Below are positions 8,765 through 18,085 of a stretch of 20,000 nucleotides of DNA, one piece after another. The notes under the pieces are model-generated. The model had not been told where the DNA came from. It saw only the letters and a program-made list of their open reading frames with translations, and did not search any database. Made by a program: the position numbers and the translations under genes. The stretch's first letter is position 1; each line of letters starts with the position of its first letter. This DNA is from Mitosporidium daphniae (Eukaryota): NCBI RefSeq assembly GCF_000760515.2, contig NW_013546656.1, positions 49,023 through 69,022 of the forward strand, written 5' to 3'.

Positions 8765-11740
8765 ATGGGACCTGTGTTGTGGCTCCTCTTTTTCTCCTTC
8801 ATTCCGGGCCTTTTGTGCGAGGTCTCGACGATCCCAAATCTCAAGCTGTCCACGGAAAATGTTCTCTTTCCTCTGCCTTTCAAATGCTACCCTTACCCTG
8901 AGGACCCATCAAGCCTGACTGAGCCATACTATTCTCTTTGCCTAAAATTTTCACCCCTTGCGACGGGGTTTTTCCGACCGACATATATTCCTGTTATCCC
9001 TAAGGGAACCCCCCCAAATTCTCCCCTTAATTGCTCCACTCAGTTTAACACCATTTTTCCTGAACTGAATTTTACGCTCTCTTTTGTTATTCCGCAATCT
9101 GTTTCGGCATTGACGCTTGCCGGTCTCTTTCCGATGACCGATATTAAGACGGGGGAACCCTTTGAGAATGGGATCCAGCTTGCTGAAGCCATGCGTTGCG
9201 CAGTTAAGAATATCAATTCCGATCAAGACATTCTCCCGCATACGCGTTTAAACTTCCAGGTATGGGACACGCATGGCAGAGCCTCATCGGCAATAAATTC
9301 TGCATATTTGGCCATGCAGGCAAATGTTACGGCCTTTGTTGGGCTCACCACCTATGAGGAAGTCTTCAGCGTTGCTCCCTTGATTAATCCCTCATTGCTC
9401 AGCATCACATCTGGAGTTGCCTCGTCAACATTCTTGGTTGACAAAGTCCTGTTCCCCACCTTTTACCGCACCGTTCCTGGAGACAAATTTGCTGCTCTAT
9501 CGATGATCAATCTTTTCTATTCGCTTGGGTGGAATCAATTTGCCGTCGTCTACGGGAATGATTTTGTAGGGTCTTCCGGGCTTGATGCCATCAATTCTGC
9601 TCTGGAAGAAACTTCAAAGTATGGATATAATCCGTATCTTTTATGCGAAGCGACGCTATCGCCTACCGAAATTTCGAGTACTTCAGACGATGTGGAGGTC
9701 TTTATTGAGTGTATGAAGACAACCAAAGTGCGAGCCATTATTCTGTGTGCAAATCCCTTCGATGCGGCTTCTGTGATCACAAAAATTGTAAATGCAGGTC
9801 CCAGTGTGTTCACTGATGAAACAATTTTCTTTGCTCCATTTTCATGGGGCGGATCTGAGACCTCAATAAAAACGCTGAGTGAGCTCTCCAATGGAACCAT
9901 CACACCAGAAATTATGTATGGGTCCTATTCACTTGAACCTCGCGCCTTTTCCCAAGCCACTGTTAAAGAGTGTTTGGCAGAGCAGTCCCCCATGTCAAAC
10001 TTTGATATCGGATTTTTGCGCTACTGGCAAAAGAACTTTCAATGCACCCTCAAGGGTTCCCCAATATTCAGCATTGAAAAATACTTTGATAGCCTCTCTG
10101 AATCTGATCTCACCTCATTGTACTCGATTTTTTCCTCAAAATCCGATATTTCTTTAAAATATTCTACCAATAGCTCGGCTATTAAAAACATATCCAGCTT
10201 GTTAGCAAACGTTTCTAATGATTTTGGGCCAAATTTAGCACCTTATACGTTCCTTTTAAACAAGATCTACATGTTTACCTCTGTTGAAGACCCGAAAACA
10301 AAGAATCTGAGTGTCTGCCAAGATGTCGATAACAGGGATCCCATCAATGCCCTGTGTTCATGCCCAACCACAGACATCCTAGTCAGCAATAAGGAACTGA
10401 ATCCATATGTGAACTACATATATGACGCCACATATGTAGTTGCACTTGCTTACAACCAGTTGATAGCTCCCTGTGGTACCTCTTACCCGTGTGATCTTCC
10501 ATATTTCACAAATTCAGAGCTTTTGGCTGCATTCAATGATACTTACTTTGAAGGGCTGACCGGCACCGTTTCATGGATTGGGCATGAAAGAAACTCGTCC
10601 GACATTTCCTTCTACCAATTTTGCGAAAACGGCAACAAATATTTGGTTGGCCTATCAAATTTTTCTGGGGTTTATCTTTTCAAAGATGAATTGTGCTTTC
10701 GCACGCCATTTATCCCAATGTCCGTAGTTATCCCAGAAGTGGCCAACTTTTCAAGCACCATTGGTATCATAATGAGCCTTCTTTTCGTGGTATGGATCCT
10801 TATTTGTATCTTCTTAATCTTATTTTTCTATCTTAAAAAAGATACCGAGCCTGTTGTGTCTGCAGGGCTTGGCTTTCTTATGTTCCTTTTATTTGGCTCC
10901 ATTTTAATTTCCCTGAGTGCAATCCTGTGGACACTGGATAGCACATCCTTCCTTTGCATTGTGAAAATCATTGTCCTGATAGTCGGGTTTTCGATGATGT
11001 TTGGTGCCATTTCAGGAAAGCTCTTCCGCTCGTTTGAGGTCTATTGTTCGTTGAAGGAGTACAGACAGGGACTCGATCCTTGTGCTCTTCTTATCTTTTC
11101 AGGGATGACATTGGCGGTTAATATCTTTTTTTTGGCCATTATTTTCCTTGTCTCTGGAACGCCCGTTCCTTCGCTCAATAGAGAATCGCCGTCAAGCTTA
11201 TTTTTCTACATTGCGTGCCAATGCACACGCGATCCGAATTTGCAAAAGATAATTTCCATTGTTCAATTGGCAGTTAACTTGACTTTCATCCTTGCTGCAC
11301 TGATTATTTCGATCAGCATAACGTTGCAGCCTTCGCCGCATAGTGAAAATACCTCTATCGTTGCAGCTCTACTTGACTTGTTCATCGTTAGTTTGACGCT
11401 GGTCATCATATATTTCAACACTGAGACGATAACTGGCACCATTCAGTCGCAATATATTATCCGATCCGTTGGAACGATATACCTTCTCGTGTTTACACTG
11501 TCGATTCTCATCATACCAAAGCTGCTTGCCATTGCTAGAGGCAAACCAGCTGGAGACTCGGGTGAATATGGAGGACTTACCCCATCAATCGGACCAGGAG
11601 AGACGGATAACCAGTTCTCGCTTGACTCTTCAACAATGCCAGATACCTTTTTAGCAAGTCTATCATCCTCCAATATAGTAAGGAACCGACGCAATCGGGA
11701 TCGCGGCTCAAATGTCGAATTTATCACCCGCAATTGTTAG
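8765..11740 (+). CDS. Class C (glutamate/GABA-B-like) GPCR: signal peptide, Venus-flytrap (ANF-receptor) domain, 7TM_3 domain
   Basis: Hydrophobic N-terminus; LAGLFP, EAMRCAVKNINSDQDILPHTRLNFQVWDT, DKVLFPTFYRTVPGD, LGWNQFAVVY, YIYDATYVVALA, FEGLTGTVSW; then seven hydrophobic helices ending in IIPKL. Intronless, 991 aa. Confidence 0.9.
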   Translation: MGPVLWLLFFSFIPGLLCEVSTIPNLKLSTENVLFPLPFKCYPYPEDPSSLTEPYYSLCLKFSPLATGFFRPTYIPVIPKGTPPNSPLNCSTQFNTIFPELNFTLSFVIPQSVSALTLAGLFPMTDIKTGEPFENGIQLAEAMRCAVKNINSDQDILPHTRLNFQVWDTHGRASSAINSAYLAMQANVTAFVGLTTYEEVFSVAPLINPSLLSITSGVASSTFLVDKVLFPTFYRTVPGDKFAALSMINLFYSLGWNQFAVVYGNDFVGSSGLDAINSALEETSKYGYNPYLLCEATLSPTEISSTSDDVEVFIECMKTTKVRAIILCANPFDAASVITKIVNAGPSVFTDETIFFAPFSWGGSETSIKTLSELSNGTITPEIMYGSYSLEPRAFSQATVKECLAEQSPMSNFDIGFLRYWQKNFQCTLKGSPIFSIEKYFDSLSESDLTSLYSIFSSKSDISLKYSTNSSAIKNISSLLANVSNDFGPNLAPYTFLLNKIYMFTSVEDPKTKNLSVCQDVDNRDPINALCSCPTTDILVSNKELNPYVNYIYDATYVVALAYNQLIAPCGTSYPCDLPYFTNSELLAAFNDTYFEGLTGTVSWIGHERNSSDISFYQFCENGNKYLVGLSNFSGVYLFKDELCFRTPFIPMSVVIPEVANFSSTIGIIMSLLFVVWILICIFLILFFYLKKDTEPVVSAGLGFLMFLLFGSILISLSAILWTLDSTSFLCIVKIIVLIVGFSMMFGAISGKLFRSFEVYCSLKEYRQGLDPCALLIFSGMTLAVNIFFLAIIFLVSGTPVPSLNRESPSSLFFYIACQCTRDPNLQKIISIVQLAVNLTFILAALIISISITLQPSPHSENTSIVAALLDLFIVSLTLVIIYFNTETITGTIQSQYIIRSVGTIYLLVFTLSILIIPKLLAIARGKPAGDSGEYGGLTPSIGPGETDNQFSLDSSTMPDTFLASLSSSNIVRNRRNRDRGSNVEFITRNC

Positions 11741-11821
11741 GCAGCGACTCGGTGGTTTGATGACATAATTTACTCAATCATCTTGCACACGTTGAATGTT
11801 GTACTATTGCGCGATATCTAT

Positions 11822-14794
11822 TTATTCTATCGAAGAGAGAAGGCCGACCAGGATGCCCGCAAACCGCTTCATGTTCGTCGCTGTTGACTTGTCTGAGTTG
11901 TGAGACACCTTGAGGGGTTACCAATGCCAAAGTATGACAAACCTTAAGGACGACAGATGAAATGGAAAGCATATTTTGGAGATTTTCTTTCGAACAAGCA
12001 CCAAAGTTGAGTTTTGATAGGTGGCTCGAAAGAACCTTTGAAGAAAGGTTGCTTGTTGAATATTCCAACAGCTCCTCGCAAAGGGCAATTGCAAGCTCCA
12101 CGTGTGCCTCTGATGATGGAGTGTCTTTTTTTCTTAGAAAAGAGAGAGAAGTCCATGCAATCGCTTGGTTCAGAATTGAAGAGAGACTGAGGTTCGCACA
12201 TGAATCCTCAACTTCGCCAAGGCTTAGCTGGGATTCCAGCACCGGGGCCAGGATCCTGCATACAGGGATGATGGCCTAGTTTTGTATAAATTTACACAAA
12301 TCTCCACCTTTGAAATAAGAACTTGGTTTTGAGGAGATGTGGAAGCAAAAGCCTGTATGAAAAACGTTAAAAATTGGACAAGACGGGCATTAGATAGGTT
12401 TTTTGGGTGAAAATACAGCAGCATCAGTGCTTCTATGATCTATAAACAAAGGGTGGGTCATATCGAATCGCCAGTACCTCTAAATCAAATTTTGAAGGCT
12501 CCGCTTTTGGCGAAAGAGCGGCATTGTTTTCCATTTCTGACACCCTTTCTTGGATCAATTGGATGGAAAGGAGTTTAGAAAAGCCTTCGACTGCAACTTG
12601 TTGAATATCTAGCGAGCAGAGAATGTTCTTCAATGTCGTAAGTATTGCAATATTGGCCAGTGATTCCTCCTGGTGAATGGATGCCCCATATAGGACCAAA
12701 ATATCAAATAAGGCCTAATCGGGTTAAAAGGCCACTCCTCAGTACCTTTGCAGAAATTAAACGGGGCTGTTTATCAATGGAAACTTGGAGAAATTCGACA
12801 AACAATGGGATATATTGAACTGCAATGGACTAACGCTGATTAAAAAACCACTAACCCTTTCAAAAGTGCAAAATAAGGAAAGGACCTCAAGACCGCTTGT
12901 TTGCAAGACCGACAACGTACTGTTGATGCTTGGAATTGCAATTTCGTTCAAAAGAGAAAAAAAGGAGCCCGATGGCGCCTAAAAAAGTTCAGCCAAATAA
13001 ACACCTGCCTTGATGTTCAACAGCACTGCTTTGATTAACTGCAAGCACCGCAAATGTGCTAAAACAGTTATCTCATCCAATGAAGACGATGGATCCTTTT
13101 GAAACCTTCTCTCCACGAAGGGAGATTGGTCCTCTTTATTTGAGGAGGACAAGGAGGACAAGTCTTCAGCGGAAGCCTCAAAATCGATCGAAAAAATGCA
13201 CTGAAGGTCTGCAATTGAGGAAAGAATACAATCGGAAATGTCGGCATCGCTATCCAAAAGCGATCGTTTTAAAAGAGCAATAGAGTCGCTCAACAGACTT
13301 TCCGGGATATTTGGTTTGATTATAAGGGATTCTATAGAAATTAGTCAACCGCGTTTGATGGTTACGGACAACAGAGATCAGCCGCCTTCTGCCGACCTCA
13401 TCTGTGTTCAACGGAAGAAATGCAATGATTTTCATGAGCTGTTTTATAATAAACACCGTTGAGCCGGAGATGCATTCTGCATGCTTATCCAATTGTAAAA
13501 CAAGAGCCGATATGTCGGGAAGACATGTTGATATCTCAAACGACGCTTGTTGGGGGTCGGGAAAAGAGTTGAACATATGAGTGAAATACACTTGTGCGAC
13601 CAGGAAAGGCTCTGGTGTTTTTGCCTCAAAGTAAAGAATGCCAAATGTGCCAAGATTCACTTGTGTCTTGCAAAAAAAATCCAAAAGCAATTTTTCTGAA
13701 AGCAAAGTGAATTCATCGGAAAATCGTTCAATAGCCCCATGCCCGCCTGCATCGGTGTCATTGAAAGAGTCGGTGACGTTCAAAAACAAAGACACCAAGT
13801 TGGACAACCCTGAAGACGAAGTGGATTTTAGCCAATGAGTGAAAATTAGCTTGAAAAATGATTGTGAAGCCAGCGAGTTTCTGAAAACGGAAATAAATGT
13901 GTGCAAGTAAAGTACCTTTCGGCAAGTCCGACTTTGACAAGGTACTGGCGATGTTGAATTGTCAAGTCGTTTGGGTCCAGCTCAAATAGCTTTGTCCCAA
14001 ATACAAATTTCCGGATTGTTGGATCGGAATCTCGGCATCGTTCCAAAATAAACTCAATGGTCTCCATATTAATTTCAATGGCCGACAAAATTTGCTTCCT
14101 CACTTCACTAGGATAAAGCACCAAAATGTGTACGTTGAAGGGTCGCTCTGTAGCATGGCAATCAAAGCCCTTTGGACGACCTGAGAGAAGGAGATATCAT
14201 CTTCATCGAAAACGATATTGTCACCACCACAAATAAACGGTGACAAACACACGACGGCACTGCATCTTACAGAAACCTCCTTATCAAAGAACCTTGCAAA
14301 AATTTTGTCCTTGTAGCTATTTATAAGTGGCTTTCCCCTAAAAATAAATTGAGACAAAAAGATGCCCACATAAGGTCCCCATTGCTTTTGACAAACTTTG
14401 CAAAAAAAGACAAAAGCGTTAGGATGCGGCATCGAATGTGCCGCTCTTTTGCCTCGACCCCTTGAAGAAGATATTTAACCAAAAAAGAGGAAAATCGGGT
14501 GCATTCTTCGCCATCGTTGTTGGTTAGCAGGGTTTGAATTAGAAGCTGGAAAAAGACAATTGCGTTCTCCACCCAAATGTGGCCATCTTTCTTTGAATAT
14601 GGCGACGACAAGACTTGATTTAGATGGCGGATAAACGAAAATATCAACAAATCAAGTGATTCTTTGGCGGCAAATAGCAATTTTGAAAAGAGCTTTACGT
14701 TTTTTTTGTGCGTTACCGTCGACTCCTGGCAGTCATTCAAAATGGACCCGATTTCCTTAAAATAGTAATGCCCGGGTGTGTCGGTGGCCAACAT
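11822..14794 (-). CDS. YCG1: Condensin I HEAT subunit Ycg1/CAP-G (Cnd3), 11 exons
   Basis: Introns (minus strand) 14369-14338, 14133-14108, 13915-13881, 13365-13332, 13002 or 13008-12979, 12855-12830, 12745-12715, 12477-12440, 12307-12276 and 11942-11909 join the ORF fragments into RFFDKEVSVR, DPSTEVRK, ILERCRDSDPTIRK, GLAER, DEVGRRRL, KALFDILVLYG, AVEGFSKLL, LLYFHP...RLVQFLTFF; stop TAA at 11824-11822. Confidence 0.88.
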
Positions 14795-14867
14795 GGCTGA
14801 TTAAAATGTAAATTATATTGTGCCCGAATTTACCGACTAATTTTCAACTTTTAGTTCGTGTATCAAT

Positions 14868-15306
14868 ATGAACTCAAGCCCACCGTCGGCTCCATCCTTC
14901 CCTCCAACCGGCGAAGCAGCTCCTGCTCAGCAGCTCCTGCTCAGCAGCTCCAAAAGCAAAAGAACGATGAAGCCAAGCAAATGTTAATGCTATCTCGTGT
15001 ATTGTCTCCCGAAGCCAGGGATAGATGTATGTGCACCATTTGCTCCCACTTATTCTAGTAAATAGGGTTGCTATTGTCAAGCCGGACCGTGCCAAGCTAG
15101 TGCAGTCATACCTATTGCAGATGAGCCAAAGAGGCGCCCTCTCAAGGCCCTTAGATGATAAGCAGCTGATTTCGCTTTTATCTCAGGTGGGTGGTCTGAA
15201 TGAGGCAGATTGTGACGTGCAACAGCAGTCCCCGACAACCTTTGTGAAGCGAAAATCAGGAATCGACGATGATGAAGATTTGGATCTTTCTCAGTTTGGA
15301 ATATAG
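14868..15306 (+). CDS. PDCD5: PDCD5 / dsDNA-binding family protein; intron 15027-15058; 5' frame disrupted in this sequence by a 14-bp duplication
   Basis: After removing the 32-nt GTATGT..TAG intron: LSRVLSPEARDR|LNRVAIVKPDRAKLVQSYLLQMSQRG...DDKQLISLL...KRKSGIDDDED. ATG 14868 is in frame only if one 14-bp repeat copy is removed; the next in-frame ATG is 14981. Confidence 0.85.
14915..14951 (+). repeat. 14-bp tandem repeat, ~2.6 copies (AGCAGCTCCTGCTC)
   Basis: 14915-14928 is identical to 14929-14942, followed by AGCAGCTCC. Confidence 0.9.
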
Positions 15307-15369
15307 GCGTAACATTCCATTTGAACCCTGCAAAGACATGTTACCGTCATCGTGTGTAATAAATTATTA

Positions 15370-15540
15370 TCCTGAGGCGATTAGATAGGGTTAGGGTGTG
15401 TTGGATGATGATGGCATTCCAGACGTCACACCCAAATCGCAATATCACATTGATGCATTGCGTGAAGACTGGTGTGAACCAGTAGTAACGGACAAACAGG
15501 GGATTCCGTTATCGATTGATCCTAGTGTTTTCACAGTTTT
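15370..15540 (+). ncRNA. Candidate structured ncRNA with H/ACA-like layout
   Basis: Long hairpin GCGATT 15377-15382/AATCGC 15435-15440 with GGGTGTG 15394-15400/CACACCC 15427-15433; ANANNA box (ATATCA 15442-15447); ACTGGT-GTGA-ACCAGT GNRA hairpin 15468-15483; TAACGGA 15486-15492/TCCGTTA 15505-15511; ACA at 15533-15535 followed by GTTTT. Confidence 0.45.
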
Positions 15541-15550
15541 AAAGTCGACA

Positions 15551-15625
15551 CCGATTGGACCAAAAGACTCGCCCTAAAATGAGCACAAACTATTGATTGA
15601 TAAAACGAAAGTTCGCCCCGATTGG
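15551..15625. promoter_or_regulatory. Two identical CCGATTGG motifs (CCAAT boxes on the - strand)
   Basis: CCGATTGG at 15551-15558 and 15618-15625, plus another GATTGG at ~15665-15670, upstream of the DnaJ gene. Confidence 0.4.
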
Positions 15626-15723
15626 TCGGATGTTTGAGATTGCAAATTTTAAACTCTCTACAAAGATTGGTTTTGGGCGTCTCATTTTTTGCTTTCTTTC
15701 CATTTTGAGGCTTCTCCGCATTC

Positions 15724-16743
15724 ATGGCACCCTCTTCCTCCCCCAACGAGTCCATCGGGGATGCATCCCTATACTTTATGCTTTGGATGATTCTTCCAAA
15801 TACCCTCACTGGGTTTCTGCAGTCTACCTTTTACAAGTTCAAGTATTCGCCGGGCTCGGCTCCCCAGCCGGGATCTGCAAAATACAAGAAACATCACAAA
15901 ATCTTCTACGTCCTTGTTGTTGGATCTTACCTGCTATTTTGCATTCTTCAGGCGGTACTGATGCTTCCCCAGAACTACTACTCGGAATTTTCACTTCCAA
16001 CCAGCGCCCCTGTCAAGGAAATCCGAGCTAAATTCAGAAAGTTTACTCTCCAATATCACCCAGATAAAAATCCATCTCCAGAGGCTGAAACCACGTTTAT
16101 ACACTTGAAAAAAATTTATGAAGTAATCACACATCCGATTACCAAGAAGGCTTATGAAAAATTTGGCTCTTCAAAAGTTGACTCCTGTTCTCATTGCATT
16201 CTTTTCAAAGATTATATTTATTCGTCCACAATGGAGACCATTGCCAACTACATTGCATCTGGAGTTATCTTGTTTCTACTGGTCATTTTTAACACGGGAG
16301 CATTTTCGCAGTATTTTCGCGTCGTTACGTACTTTTCGATGATGGTCCTTGAAGCAAACATGCTTTTTTTGCCCTACGATCCGATATACTGGTTCTTCCC
16401 TCATTTGACTGTTTCAGAGAAGCTTATTGTGCTCCATCAATGGTGCATTTATTTCTTCATGGCAATCAATAACTTTGGACCCTTGTTCGCCGAATCGGAC
16501 GAGAATGACGAAAAATCTATTTCAAAGGCACTTGCCTCCCTGTCCTCCTCTTCATCTGTCATTGAAAAAGACCTGAAAAAAGGTCTGAAGGCAGAGATGT
16601 TTTCTTTTGCCACCGATCCGGAAAAGCTTTCTCTTCTTCGAAAGCAGATGGAGAAAATCTCTGCTGGCGAGTGGGACGCCCAGCGCGAAAAGATGGCAGC
16701 CCCTGCGGCTGTTCTGAAAAAAAACCTCCCCAAACGGGATTAG
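15724..16743 (+). CDS. Membrane-associated DnaJ (Hsp40) domain protein
   Basis: J domain NYYSEF...EIRAKFRKFTLQYHPDKNP...YEVITHPITKKAYEKFG with an intact HPD motif, flanked by hydrophobic segments. Confidence 0.88.
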   Translation: MAPSSSPNESIGDASLYFMLWMILPNTLTGFLQSTFYKFKYSPGSAPQPGSAKYKKHHKIFYVLVVGSYLLFCILQAVLMLPQNYYSEFSLPTSAPVKEIRAKFRKFTLQYHPDKNPSPEAETTFIHLKKIYEVITHPITKKAYEKFGSSKVDSCSHCILFKDYIYSSTMETIANYIASGVILFLLVIFNTGAFSQYFRVVTYFSMMVLEANMLFLPYDPIYWFFPHLTVSEKLIVLHQWCIYFFMAINNFGPLFAESDENDEKSISKALASLSSSSSVIEKDLKKGLKAEMFSFATDPEKLSLLRKQMEKISAGEWDAQREKMAAPAAVLKKNLPKRD

Positions 16744-16802
16744 TGCTCCGTCCAATAAAGTAAAGTAATAATTTTATCCGATTTTTAAATTTTATTTGGT
16801 CA

Positions 16803-17916
16803 ATGGAAACTCGCCATCAAGCTAGAATGCTGCAAGAACAATTTCCCCTACATGATGATGTGATTGTACGTATGGATTATTGACCATTATTGTAGCAATC
16901 AATTGCATTCAACAGTACAGGCCTTTTGGTTGCAACTTCTTCCTCCGATTCAACGGTGAAAGTATACAACTGCCATATGGGGAAGGAAATCGCCTCTTTC
17001 AAGTGCCTTTTTTATCTCTTATTTGTAGATGTGCAAACCACGGCCCAATTTGGTGCTTAGCCTGGAATCCCAAGGATTTTATTGTAGCTGCTGCTTCGAA
17101 CAGCGGAAGAGTTTCACTGTGGAACCGGCATGTGGAAAGCAGCGATTGTCAAGGATTTTCGAAAATGGCCGAAATTGAGGGAGACTTTACTTCAGCTAAT
17201 GAAATCTGCTGGACTACCACATCTGCATCGTCAATGGACATCCTTGCCACATGTTTTTCCTCCGGCAATATTACTCTACTTTCGAAACAAAATCGTAATT
17301 GCTTTTCGTTTTTTAGTTTTAAGAGGACTGGTGTGTTTGTTTCTCCATCAATGCACATCATGGAGGAGCATATACGCTGCAATGGCTATCAATACATGAC
17401 AAGCGGATTCTTTGTACCGGCGGTGCAGATGGGCTTATCAAACTCTGGATGCTAACAGAATCGTCAGACGCAAAACCACTTTCCCTTTCTATATTGACTA
17501 CATTGAGCGGTCATTCAGATATCATAAGATCGATTTCATTTATGCCACTTTTGGACGGTGAACACCCAAATCTATTTGATGAGGTGGATATGATTGTGGT
17601 TGTTAGACTCGCATCTGCATCCCAGGCATTTTCCAATCATTCTTTCTTGTAGGACAAAAGTGGGGTCATTTGGACTGTGGATCTTTCCAGTGTTTTTTCT
17701 AAAAGGACTAAACCGGACAAGCCCTTAATTCCAGTCTCCGTTGAGACCTTGCCCAAATTCCCCCATGTGGCTTGGAAAGTAGCATGGTCCCCCGCAGGGT
17801 CATTTGTTTACTTTTCATATGGCGATGACTATGTAAGCATTTGGAGGGAATGTCCAGATGCTTCTTGGATATGCACGAACATTGTAGATCGTGAGAACGA
17901 ATTCTGGCAACTGTAA
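16803..17916 (+). CDS. Divergent Sec13-like WD40 protein; exons 16803-16865, 16896-17002, 17029-17294, 17324-17625, 17653-17916
   Basis: Spliced product has HDDVI|QSIAFNSTGLLVATSSSDSTVKVY, HGPIWCLAW, LCTGGADGLIKLW, GHSDIIRSISF, LASASQ|DKSGVIW, KFPHVAWKVAWSPAG...GDDYVSIWRECPDASWIC, colinear with Sec13 motifs. Introns of 30, 26, 29 and 27 nt; the last is GC-AG. Confidence 0.75.
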
Positions 17917-18085
17917 GTTATACAATTAGAAACGCCACCAATTGTAAATTTTAAATGAAGCTCTGGCACTAAAAAATTTAAAATGAGAGGGTCACTTTAA
18001 TTTAGCTTCTAGTACCGTTGGTTACCAAGTCATCAAATCAAATAATGCCCGCATCTATTTATGTCAGTGGATCTTATTTCCACGT

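Noticed and set aside
12851..12858. CTAACCCT telomere-like motif
   Set aside because: It is the reverse complement of the YCG1 splice donor AGG|GTTAGT.
11778..14794. YCG1 (and likewise RAD26 and the Sec13-like gene) as frameshifted pseudogenes or an alternative genetic code
   Set aside because: Each break is resolved by a short intron with plausible splice sites that restores conserved motifs in frame.
15386..15396. Confident telomerase RNA call from CCCTAACCCTA on the - strand
   Set aside because: Only ~80 nt remain 3' of the motif before the PDCD5 stop, I saw no U-rich pseudoknot there, and the GNRA loop and H/ACA boxes favour the + strand. Kept only as a speculative alternative.
15403..15470. 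U3 or C/D snoRNA (ATGATGA, GCGTGAAG)
   Set aside because: No downstream CTGA D box within the element and no U3 box A/A' found.
15531..16031. ORFs 15597-16031 (+) and 15531-15809 (-)
   Set aside because: Shadow frames overlapping the DnaJ gene, with no recognisable motifs.
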